Below, piece after piece: positions 50,448 through 62,317 of a DNA stretch of 64,000 nucleotides (position 1 is the stretch's first letter; each line of letters starts with the position of its first letter). The stretch covers positions 22,012,363 through 22,076,362 of the forward strand of contig NC_068994.1 of the NCBI RefSeq assembly GCF_001194135.2, in the 5' to 3' direction. The position numbers were made by a program, and so were the translations under genes. This stretch comes from Octopus bimaculoides (lineage: Eukaryota). The notes under the pieces are model-generated. The model saw nothing but the letters and a program-made list of their open reading frames with translations. It ran no database searches and was not told where the DNA came from.

Positions 50448-52419
50448 CTACAATAGAGGTACATCAACTTGAGTATCAGCTTAATGGTAACAACTGATAC
50501 TCAGTTGTTTAATGATTGCTCAACAACAAACAAGTTATCACATTTCTAAATTCACAGATTCATCCTTGACATTACTAACCTATGCATTCTACTCACTACC
50601 TCACACTATGGATTTAGATCACTACACACAACTACCACACTATACATAAACCTTACACAAATAATACCTTGTAGCTTTGACAATAATGAACAAACCACAT
50701 ACAACATCTACACTAATTTTAGCAAATTCTTTAACTCCAGTTGTTGCTACTCACCTATACATAAAATACAAAAGATTTTTTAAGAAACAATACAAAACAC
50801 AGGTTAACAGACTACTTTTTAAGTCTATCAACAATAAAAAGAAAATAGGTCAGGGGAATGCTCTGCACACTAAATAAAAATATGGTAGACATGGTATAGT
50901 GACTTGAAAAACTTTGATCAACTGAAATCATTCAAAAAATTAGTAGACATCTTAAACAAAGAAGGGCACATTGGATAATGAAGTCATAGATATATAATAA
51001 CTAAAGATGAGAGGGTCATAGCTGAGATGCCATTGATCATAGATCAACTTGATCACGGTTGACCTGCTGCTAAACAACATACACACAGCCTCATAAACAT
51101 ATGGGATCACAATTACCTCATCCTGCCATTCTTCAGATACAACTGCACAATCCCTCAAAACTACATCTACTACCTAGACACTAGCTCCAAATAAAGTTTG
51201 AAAATATCTTCCAAACCCAGAGTCTCCCTTCTCACCAGCAACATCAAAGAACATCAAAGACATGCGATCATCACACTGAGCAGCATAAATAGGCTCAAAC
51301 AAATGCACAAACATTTAGAACTCATAAATACCGTATCTGGCTAACAAAAAGAAACAATAACATTACTCTGCAAACAATATATTAGATCCACCAGGGGTTA
51401 TGCCATCTCTCCCTAGGTTTACAATCTTTCCACAACAAACAACAAAGAAAACAAAACAGTTCATCTTACATAATCACAGGTTGCACACAGAAGAGAAAAA
51501 CAGGACACAAACAGCAAAACAAAAATATTAAAAATGAAAGATTACCTTGATATATGATGGGGCACAGTTTGGTGCCACAGCAATTCTATTCTTCAAGATC
51601 TCTTACATAATAATCATCTCTAAATACCCAGACACATTTAAAACATCCTCAAACACCATCTTTCACTCATAAATAAAAAATACACATTACACAGAAATAG
51701 CTGCAACATCAATGGCTTCATTAGCAGCAGCAATGCACAGTTCTAATGATATGTGCAGAGGAAAAATAACTGTTGCGCACTGAGTCCACTTTGTTCACCT
51801 CCATATTGACCTTCAATAGAATCTCAAGCCATACAGAAATAGCTTGGACAGAAGGGAGACTATAACATGTCAAGAATGTCACACTGCATTCCATGTGAGT
51901 AACCATAACATGTCAGAATGTGCAGTATAATCCTCAGTAAGGTGCAGCTGTAGAATATGCGGAACAAATAGATCACCAAATTACACCTACTTGTTCTATC
52001 GACTACCTACTGGTCATAGGTTTGCTCAAGCAAGGTTGACTAGGCTATGCAACAACACACACCATCCCACACATTTTACAGATGCATAAATGCACAACAA
52101 AATTTATTCATACACATCACAATGCACAAACAGTTATTACACACATATTACATTGCTTATGCACAAATCCTAACTCATTAAAACTTTGTACTAAAACACA
52201 CACACACACACACATATACAATCCTATACTCAAGTACATGAAACTATACACAAACAACACATTGGTGCAGAAGTTAAAATCCTTTTTCCTATTCTGAAAT
52301 ATCTGCATTGATTTACTTTATGACCACTGAAGTGTCCTCAAATTCTTCTGCACTTCCAAATCCAGATTTTATTCAACCATCACCATATCTTTACTCATCA
52401 GGTTATCTGATTACTGCTT

Positions 52420-53250
52420 AATCAAGACAACACACTTCCTATCTTCATACTACACAACATCTACTAACCCATACTCCTCTCTGATAATTCAAGTCAGTAA
52501 CTTATCTTTCTCTCAGACTCCTCTAAGATAAATAAGTGGGTGACTGATCCCATAATCTCAATCTTGATTGCCTTAAGTGGAGTATATTTTCTTGCAAGTA
52601 ATTGTTTCAGGGTCTGGTCTGAAAATAACTTCCACCTTACTCCTCTGACTAAAATTTTAAAAAAAAACCCCAAAAAAACCAATCCTTCAAAATATAGCCT
52701 TTCACTTTCCTCACTCAACAAAAAGTCTAAAAACTTCAAGTGGTTCATTTCCAAACATGTAGCAGTACACAGTTCACTACTACTAAGAGACATTTACTTT
52801 ACTCATCCCTGCCACATCTGCAAGGTGTCTATCAGAAAACCAAGGAATGCCTCCAAGCATTTGCCCAGAACCTCCATCATCATTATCATAACCATCAACA
52901 TTTAACAACCATTTTCTATGTTGGCATGGGTTGGACAGCTTGACAGGAACTGATAAAGCCAGAGGCTGCACCAGGCTCCAGTGTTTGTTTTGGTTTGGTT
53001 TCTATGACTGGATGCCTTCCTAATGCCAAACCACTCCACAGTGAACTGGGTGCTTTATATGTGGCGTCATCACCAGCATTCATACCAATGCTTTTTAAAT
53101 GACACTTTGGTTTTAGGATCTCAATTCTGTTGTGGAGGTCAGGTTTTCTTGAGTACAGCTATGCACCACATATCTTGATCCTCTGTCATCTCCTTCATAA
53201 GGTTTGGAATTCTCTTTTGCAGACATAATCCTACATCATCTTCATCAATC
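52420..53250 (-). mobile_element. RTE LINE remnants (RT piece plus 3' UTR module)
   Basis: 52880-53100 matches the 3' UTR module at 13895-14050; 52420-52860 is a decayed RT-like frame. Confidence 0.5.
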
Positions 53251-53328
53251 TTATCAATCAGGGGAGTTCTGCAAAGTTCTTGGGATTTCTGCTCTCAAAC
53301 TTTGACTAACCAATAATTTTTCTTTTAA

Positions 53329-53393
<65 letters not shown>

Positions 53394-53474
53394 TGCACAT
53401 GCCTAAACCTATTTCTGCACAAACTAGTAGTATACACACGCATAAACATATTCCATATCTCTACACAGCCTTAC

Positions 53475-53579
53475 CACAGTTCTCTGCCACAGTCCTGGAA
53501 TCTTTCAGACTGTCACATCGCTTCAGATAGTTTCCAGGAACATAGCCTTGTCCAGAGTTTTTGTTCACCAGCCACCAAC
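53475..53579 (-). CDS. SH3PXD2-like: Tks4/5-like adaptor exon: second half of SH3 #1
   Basis: taacttgcag|GT TGG TGG..TGT G|gtaagg; (G)WWLVNKNSGQGYVPGNYLKRCDSLKDSRTVAENC(G); 105 nt, phase 1/1. Not in the ORF track. Confidence 0.92.
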
Positions 53580-53642
53580 CTGCAAGTTAACATCATCATG
53601 TGAATCATATGCTACAATAAACATAAGTAACAACAACAACAG

Positions 53643-53674
<32 letters not shown>

Positions 53675-54938
53675 TCAATGATCATATTACAATTGTTATT
53701 TGTGACTTTTGCCATGCAATTTTAGTATATAATAGCTAATTTCAGTGAATAGCTTCACACATTATCTTTTTTGAAATTATGCCTACTACATGATTAGCAG
53801 TAAGTAATACCAGACACAAACAGTTTTTTTGCTCTTAAGATATTGGGTACAAAGATATTGGGTGAAAGTACAAAGTGAAAATATTTCAGTTTTAGAGACT
53901 GAGTACTTATGATGTCATTAGTGGTGAGAAATACTAACAAAGAAGATATTTGTATACCAAAGTGGAATAAATGAATGTTATACCATATTTTCAAGTTTTC
54001 AGGACCAACAAAAGGACCCACTTATAAAGTAGAGAGAGATAAGACAGAAATAGTATACTTTTTCTTCTATATTTGTACTAAATTGCATCTAAAGAGACAA
54101 AACTACATGCCAGAAACTAGAATGATATAAGTGAAGAGTAAATGAAAGCCTTGCTGTCCCATGTATTGAACTTGGACAAAATTCTTGGAACACTCAAGGA
54201 TATTTAGTGTAATTAGTTTGGTCAAGAGGAAAGGGCTGAACCCATGTAATTTGCATGATCAAAAACAGTGAAATCAGTGCAGTTAACATTCCTCTTAAAA
54301 AGTTGGGAGTTAACAACTGCAAGAAAAAAATGTACAAGGAGAGAATTCCAGAGAGTGGATATTTTGAGGAGGAAGGACTAAGTATAGAAGTTAGCACACA
54401 ACATAGAAGTATAGAACAAGTATAGAAGTTAGCACACACTACAATATGGATGATGAGAAGAAGAAAAACCAAGTCAGGAGATGCTGAGTGGAGGTGGTAC
54501 AAGACCAGACAACACTGAGGAGTAGAAACTACTGGAGAGTAGCGGTAGAGAAAGGGAAGACAATACACATGCGAGTCAGAGGTTGGAGTGTATCGGGTCA
54601 AGTCAATCCTTTGACAGGCCTTTATGTGGATGAGGTCTGTGTGTGTAGTAGTAGCAATGTCCTAGACATGGGACCAGTACTCCTTTGTGGATCTCACCAA
54701 AGCTTTGTTAAGGGTTAGTGACTGTTGGGGAAATAATCCTCCAAAGAACAATCCCAGACATGCTGAACTCACCACATTTGGTCTTTTGAGGATAGATTGC
54801 AAAATAATTTTCATTTCTATTGATGAAGTTACAATTGGTTAAAAAGGCTGTTTGGAATTTAAACACTATGTTCCATTTAAACCTGTGAAAGGAGATATCG
54901 AAGTTCGAGTTTACATCAGATCACACAACAGCTATGTA

Positions 54939-55479
54939 CAAGGGTGAGTCAAAAAGTAATGCCATTTTGTTTAGGACAGGTATAATTACCAACACAGGAA
55001 CATGTATAATACATCAAAATGAAGCTGGTCTTCTGTGGATCACATCCCTACTTCTCAACCGTTTCTCTCAATAGCAATGTTCCACCTTCAAATGAGAGCA
55101 TGTATCCCTGCCCCGTAAAATTCTGTTGACTGTTCTTTGAGCCACTTCTTCACTACAGTTTTCACTTCCTCATCACTGGAATAATGTTTGCCTCTCAAAC
55201 CCTCTTTCATGGGGCTGAAGAGATGATAGTCCAGTGACGAGGAAGTGAAAACTGTAGTGAAGAAGTGACTCAAAGAACAGTCAACAGAATTTTACGGGGC
55301 AGGGATACATGCTCTCATTCGAAGGTGGAACATTGCTATTGAGAGAAACGGCAACTATGTTGAGATGTAGGGATGTGATCCACAGAGGACCAGCTTCATT
55401 TTGATGTATGATACATGTTTCTGTGTTGGTAATTATACCTGTCCTAATCAAAATAGCATTACTTTTTGACTCACCCTCA
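54939..55479. mobile_element. Fold-back mariner derivative: two inverted copies of a mariner 3' end
   Basis: TA|CAAGGGTGAGTCAAAAAGTAATG ... CATTACTTTTTGACTCACCCTCA|TA. Arms 54939-55180 and 55230-55479, 49-nt spacer. Encodes the transposase tail DYHLFSPMKEGLRGKHYSSDEEVKTVVKKWLKEQSTEFY.AGIHALI..W. Confidence 0.92.
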
Positions 55480-56314
55480 TAAATGACTCTCAAATTTATA
55501 CTGGTAAAAAAAGTAAAACAGCAGTACTTCTGAAGTTACCCACCAACTGATTAGTAATAGGTTTAATGGAAATAATATTCTGCTAAGTTTATTGTGATAG
55601 TCTTCATTATTTTCTTTGGATTTACTTCTGAAAGTCTGGGAGAAAACAATAATAGAATGTGGAAGTGTGTGAGCAAGAAGCAGTGAAAACTAAGTCATTG
55701 CATTTTGAAATGAAACTAGTTCATCAGCTTCTCATGAAATTTCAGATCTGAACAAAACAAGAATAACAGTAGAAAACACATTACTTGCCAGGTAACATGG
55801 AAAACAAAGAAAACTTTCAAAATCGCTTAAAACTGGGTAGATTATGAGAGCTGGTAACTGGTTGCAGCTCATTGCCAAAAACCACTTTATTTTAAACTAT
55901 TCTAATTATTATTTTTCACAACATATATGGGAATCAAATTTTAGTCATTAGGATTTTGATTGTTTGTTGTTTTATAATGCCTTTTTTTTCCGCTTTGTTT
56001 CATTCTTATTTGCTGTTTACATTACACTTTACTAAAAATTTTGTGTTGTATAAAAAAAAAAAATTATATATCATATTCTCAGGCTAACAAACAGCATCTT
56101 AAAAGGTAGTTTATTTCTTAATGGCACTTATCTTAAAAATTTTCTTCAGGTACATATGTGCAAGGGAGGTTACAGTTAAGATAATAATATGATTGTTACT
56201 CCTCACAGAAGTGGTGGTGGTGGTAGTAGTAGTAGTTGAAATACATATTTAGCTGGAGAGAGAGAGAGGGAGATGTAAGGAGAAGGAAGGTGGGAATGAT
56301 ATAGGGTACTTTAC

Positions 56315-56457
56315 CATCTTCACATTTCTCAATGACTTCAAGGGTGTCTCCAGCAGTAACATCAATCTCATCTTTGTTCTGCTTGGTGAAGTCATAAACT
56401 GCAACATACTGCTCTAGTAATCGTGGAGTGGATATGGTGTTGAGATCTTGCTTTTTG
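56315..56457 (-). CDS. SH3PXD2-like: Tks4/5-like adaptor exon: linker plus first half of SH3 #1 (most 5' exon found)
   Basis: ctcttccatttccag|C AAA..GAT G|gtaaag; KKQDLNTISTPRLLEQYVAVYDFTKQNKDEIDVTAGDTLEVIEKCED(G); 143 nt. LEQYV is typical of the first SH3 of Tks/p47phox-family proteins. Confidence 0.9.
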
Positions 56458-57633
56458 CTGGAAATGGAAGAGAGGTTCAGAACATCATACTCAAACAACA
56501 ATGGAAAAAAAGCTTTGAAAATGCATATACAATGCATGGCGATTTGAAAATGCATGTACAATGCATAGTGATAGGACAATGTGATTATAAGGAAAATGAA
56601 AACTTGGTGGCTGCTACAATGATTTATTGAACTTAATTGATTATTGATCAGTTATAAATTAGTTTCATAGTTTACCAATGTAATCTACACAACAAAATAT
56701 CATAGCACCTTGTGAGACTTTCTTCATTGTACAGTCAACCAGACCACTTCCATTTCTAAGTAAGTATGGAAACCCAGAAAAGTAAACTTAAGCAGTAACA
56801 AACAAAACTTTATATAAATATTCCCACATATACTAATAAGAGAGTTTGGTACACAACTGGATCTTCTTGAGTTCCTGTAGAGGTACTGTCCGATCTTCCA
56901 CACCATAGCATGTCACCATTGTCTTCTGAATCTGGTATGACAGGTTTTATTAATTTTGAACTACAATAGGAAATGTGGGGATTACCTGGGCACCAGAACA
57001 GAGCGCCAAGTCATGAACAGCCACAGTGCCTGTCTATATAGGTACCTAATATTTGCATAATTTGAATGACAATCAAAGCGTTCAACTTAATCTACAAATA
57101 ATTTATTCTTACTTCTACTCACAAAATTTTAAGTCGTATTCATCCCTTTAAGGATATGAGTCTGGAAGTAGATGAACAGGTATATGCTTGAGTAAATAAG
57201 TTAGAGACAACATTCTCATTATAAGGGGTATACTTCCTTGTGTAGATAAATGCTGCAAGTTCTAGTCTCTATTCCTGAATCTTTGCAATCTTTACTTTTA
57301 TATGCTATCTATTGTTAAATATAAAAGCTACAAAATTTAGATCAACAATCATCCTAAAGTGGTACCATGCTAGGTAATAGCTCCAATAAGGTACTACCTA
57401 AATAAGGGCTGTCACTACTTGATCTAAAATATGGTAATATAATTCACTTCTTGATATGATTGCCATAGGTCAATAAACCGTGGTTTAGAGACAATACAAA
57501 CAACAATACCTGTTGTAAAACACACAGACAGACTTCTCGATGCATGCATACATATATACATGCACATTCATTCAAGTGTTTATATGAATATGTCTCATCA
57601 TTCTCTTTAATTTATCCTTTGTGCTCTCCTCAT

Positions 57634-57653
57634 CTGTCTGTCTGTCTGTCTGT

Positions 57654-57732
<79 letters not shown>
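57634..57732. repeat. Compound (CTGT)n(CCTG)n(CTAT)n microsatellite
   Basis: Read directly. Confidence 0.95.
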
Positions 57733-57734
<2 letters not shown>

Positions 57735-57929
57735 GCTTAATGTATACAGTATATAGTCATGAGCTACTACTAATAATCTCATTCATTGAAGGTATTATCT
57801 AGACAGGTTTTAAAACATGCCTAGTGTCTCCAAGTAATCTTTGTGCTCTGGGCACAAGGCCCAAAAGTTACAAATTAGGACAACAGAACAAGAGAAATCA
57901 TGAGAGAAAAACAAGACAATGGTGGGTTC

Positions 57930-58600
57930 AAAAAGTAGATTGTTAAACTCAGGGAAGACTGAAATTGGGTTAGAAGCCAAAACAATACTAAGGAATATTA
58001 TTAATATCAAAATCAGAGAGATACTAAGCTACAACAATGGGATAATAGCAAAACTGCAAAAGATTGGTTTAAGAATTTAAAGAATAAGTATCAGGCTAGA
58101 TTTACACTGATATTATAGATTTTTATTTCTCTATACCGAGATTGCTGCTTGATAAAGTGATTGAGTTTGCAAAAACATGTTGACATAGGTGATATAAACC
58201 TAGACTTTATCATGCAAGAAAACATTTCAATTTAGTAAGGGCTCAGCATAAGTTAAAAAATTCCAATACAGATGAACTGTTCAATGTATTAATGGAATTG
58301 TATGACTGCTGACATCTGACATCTTGTAAGTCTCTTTATATTAAATACATTGAGGTCAAAGTTCCTATCTCAACAATGTTGGTCTATGCCAAGATGATGG
58401 ATTGGGAATTTCCCATGGCTGTAATGGTTACATTCTTGATAAATTTAGGCAAAATCTCATCACTATTTTTAGTCAATTAGGCCTCAAAATCACTGGCATT
58501 ACTGATGTGTCAAAAATCAATTGTTAAGATGTTTCCCGAGATTTAAATTCTCATTCCTATAAACTCTTATACAAGTCCCACCACTCTATATCAAAGGATC
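57930..58600 (+). mobile_element. Penelope-like RT fragment (core region), decayed
   Basis: SRLLNSGKTEIG..KTIL.NI..KIR..KLQQW..S....DWFKNL.NK..A.F..DIIDFY; GL.QDDGLGI (YRDDGL-like); LDKFRQNLITIFSQLGLKIT. Confidence 0.82.
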
Positions 58601-59147
58601 ATGTCTTGCAAGCTACTTGGCAACCTTACTATTGCCAGTAACATACAAAAGGACCCAGTATACTCTGTAAATTGGTTAGCATTATGAAGGGCATCAAGCT
58701 GTAGAAGCCATGCCAAAACAGACATTGGAGTATGATACAGTACTCTGACCTGTTAGATCCTGTTAAACTCAATATTAAATGATAATGATGATGATATATA
58801 AATATAAAAAATACACACACACACACAGAAACATAAATTTATACATGACACAGACACATTCATACACATATATACCTACATACATACATATAAACATATA
58901 TACACACAAATATATACAAGTATATATATACACACACATACAAGTATATATATANNNNNNNNNNNNNNNNNNNNNNNNNNNNNNNNNNNNNNNNNNNNNN
59001 NNNNNNNNNNNNNNNNNNNNNNNNNNNNNNNNNNNNNNNNNNNNNNNNNNNNNNNNNNNNNNNNNNNNNNNNNNNNNNNNNNNNNNNNNNNNNNNNNNNN
59101 NNNNNNNNNNNNNNNNNNNNNNNNNNNNNNNNNNNNNNNNNNNNNNN

Positions 59148-59181
<34 letters not shown>

Positions 59182-59204
59182 GCACAAATATACATCACTA
59201 TCAT

Positions 59205-59990
59205 TATCGTTTAACATTTCCCATGCTGGCATAGGTTGGATGTTTTGACATGGAGTTGACCAGCTGGGGAGCTGTCCAGGTGCCAATTGTCTGTGGCATG
59301 GTTTCTACAGCAGGATACCCTTTTTAATGCAAACTACTTTACAGCGTGTGTTGGGTGCTTTTTGCATGCCACTGGCACAGGTGCATTTATGCAGCACTGG
59401 CACAAGTGCATTTTATGTGGTACTGGCACCTACAAAGGACAAACCAGTATGTATGGATGACAGTGATTTTACTGCCATGTACATAAGGAGGGACCCTTAG
59501 TTACCAACAAAGGTAGAAGCTCTCTGAACTTTGCCTAGCCCATTCATACTCTAGCAACTACACTTTCAGAACTTCCTCTTCCACTGCTAACTTGGTCTCC
59601 TAGTTAACAGAAGCTAACTACAACTTCTAATGGTCCTCCACCAAGGACTGTGCCTTTTCCAATCTCTTGGACACTATTCAAGAGTTGCATAGGTCCACCT
59701 GTTGTCTGTGAACTTTGCTACATGTCTGGCCAACTGTAATTTGTGCTTTTGGCATTCCGTGATCATGTCATTTGTTCTGCAATGTTTTTGAATTACCTCA
59801 TTTCAGACATGCACTTGTAATAATATTCTCAGCATAGACCCTTCCATGACCCTTTGCATCATAGCCAATCAATGTTCTTCTTCCCTCTTCATGGTAGCTC
59901 ATGTCTCACTTGTGGATAAGGGCACAAGTAGGACAGTGACATTGAAGAGACTTGTACATGGTGTCTTGTCCAGTTTTTCTTGGAGCACAT
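59205..59990 (-). mobile_element. RTE LINE 3' UTR module plus decayed RT fragment
   Basis: 59205-59450 matches the modules at 13895 and 52880; adjacent decayed RT-like sequence. Confidence 0.55.
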
Positions 59991-60908
59991 CTTTGATCAA
60001 CATAAACATCGTCCACACTGTTCTTATTTGCTGCAAGATTTCAGCATTCATATCTTAGTGCATATTCCCTGTGTACCCCAGCTAGACATATTCATTTACC
60101 TTCTTAAATTCATCACTAACCACCTCTATCTGGCCTTGTGCTACCTCTTGTTTATGAGGGGCTCTGCCCCACCCACACCTCATCCTCTCTACCCTGTCAA
60201 CCTTTTCCCCTTACATTTCATCTAACACCCATCACTTCTCTATCACCTGAGAGCAGGATAGGCACATACTACATCCCACCCTGGCTTTCTCAGTTACCTT
60301 TCTTACTCCAAACCACCTTCATTTCCCATTATCTTACCTCACCTACTGCCTCCACCAATCACCTCATTTTTGTGCCTTCTCCTCCACCCTGCACTGTTCT
60401 CCATTAACACCATGCTTGTTTACTATCATCCTCAATGTCCTCACGTATCAACAGTAACCCCCACCCCGAGCTCTCCTATATTTCTCTCCATCATTTGCTA
60501 CAGTCACCTTTATCCTGCCCACTCATCCAGTCCAAACTTCTGTATCACTTCACTCCCAATGTCTCTCAAGGGCATGTCCCGACACATTTTCGCCATCATC
60601 TCTCTCTCGCTATTGCTCTCCTTATCTTTCTCTCTGACTCAACTCTCTTTTCTATTCCAACTAGGGCATTCATGTATCCACAGCATATGTGTGTGTATAT
60701 ATACATACATATATATATATAATTCCATCTAATGACATAATGTAACAGTATGCACAGTAAGTGCTGAAGTTGATTGACCACTAAAACTCCAACTTGAACT
60801 GCAATTAAAACAAAAGTGGTTTTGTAGCTGCCTAGCATAGAATGACTATAAGTGATTCATCATTGTGTGGGTAGATATATATTAGAAAGAAAGAATGAAC
60901 AAGCAAAA

Positions 60909-61078
60909 CACTTTAGTGCATGTAATTTATAATTCAAACATAATTGCTGAGTTGTTGGAGTAAATAAGGGATTTAGAAATAATGGATTGAGAAATAAGGG
61001 GCTTCTTTATCCCTTATTTACTCTAACAGTTATTACTCTGCAATTATGGTTGAATTATAAATTACATGCTCTAAAGTG
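60909..61078. repeat. 170-bp hairpin (MITE-like): about 65-bp inverted arms with a 36-nt spacer
   Basis: CACTTTAGTGCATGTAATTTATAATTCAA..GAGTAAATAAGGGAT (60909-60972) versus its reverse complement at 61009-61078. Confidence 0.88.
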
Positions 61079-61123
61079 ATACCACACGTTTTACTTCTCC
61101 ATTCTTTCTTTCTAAGACACACA

Positions 61124-61159
<36 letters not shown>

Positions 61160-61489
61160 TGAAATAATTGCAGAAAAGAAGTTATAAATACTTTGAGTCT
61201 TTCCGTACAATTGTTTTAACAATCTTTAACAAACCATTTCATCAGGTAGAGATACCAAAATTTAAAACCAATTGAAAATACTGCCCTTATACACCAAAGA
61301 AGCGAGCCCCAAGAAAATAAATACAGGCAATGACAAAAATAATAAAACAAACTTACATTTAAGGATTTACTAAAATAAAGATATAATTATAAAAAAAATG
61401 TACAGAAGGAAAAGAACAAAAATAGAAATGAAGTGAAAATAAAAATCTAAGTGTAAAAAGCAAAAGATAAAATTTAAAACAGAAGGCAA

Positions 61490-62170
61490 CCATCTTGCCA
61501 GCCTCTTTTCTTCCTTACAACCAAATAGTGGCATATGGCTTAATTTGGTACCCTCCTTATCAATCAATCCCCTTCAAGATGATGAGTGTGCTCATATGGG
61601 AGTGACCCAAGACCTTAGTTTGCGCATGTGTGAGCTGCACAAATGTTATGCAACAATAGTGGAAGAATTCAGCCTGCATTCATTGTCCTACAGCCTTAGC
61701 ACAGGCCGATTCCTCTGACACACCACTCTGAATAACATTACAAGGGGCCTCAATGAGGCTCACTTTCCATCTCAACTAGAGCCAGTAGGTCTTGACCATG
61801 GGAACAGTAAGTGCCCCAACAGAATCACCCATTTCCCATTCGAGGGATGTAGATACTTAGTCTGGGATGTGATGTGCAGTGACACATTCTCTGATTCCAA
61901 CTGTGCAGCATTCACTGCAAACCCAGGTGTTATCACCTGTGATGCAGAGGAGAGAAAGATCAACAAATACAAGGTCCTGACCAGCTGCTACCAGTTTGTG
62001 CCGGTCACCATCAAGATGTTAAGTGTTCTCAGACCCTGTACTACCAATTTCCTCCACAAAATAGGGATAATGTTGGCCCATCTGAGAAATGAGCTCCATG
62101 AAGTGGGATGGCTACTGCAGGGTGTGTTGCTGGCCATTCTCTACAGCAATGCCATCGTGGTTATTATTGC
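61490..62170 (+). mobile_element. CRE-like non-LTR retrotransposon C-terminus (CCHC finger plus restriction-like endonuclease), decayed
   Basis: SGIWLNLVPS; H.L.Y..S.GR...H..LN.I; QLEPVGL..G..PNRIT.FPF..CRYLVWDVMCSDTFS; DAEERKINKY; YQFVPVTIK; FLHKIG; LQ.V.LAI...NA. Follows the EP.GL..PDG..WD.TC.DT..AE..K..KY..F.P..ET.G..QR.S.AIQRGNA consensus. Confidence 0.8.
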
Positions 62171-62317
62171 AGGGGCATGGCTGAGCACACCATTTGTTCC
62201 AGCATGTGTGGCCCATCAACGCTCTTCTCCATCTTCTGCTGCTTTACCCAACCTTTTTTTGTTTCTTTTCCTTCATAATCTTTCTTTTTTTCTTCCTGCT
62301 TCTTTGTACTTAAAGAG

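Noticed and set aside
51000-52000. Possible highly decayed Penelope/LINE RT
   Set aside because: Only vague motif resemblance; not supportable
56700-57060. Candidate upstream (PX-domain) exons with AG/GT pairs at ~56710-56760, 56840-56935 and 56986-57045
   Set aside because: Phases are incompatible or the translations lack PX-domain motifs; the PX exons are presumed to lie outside the window
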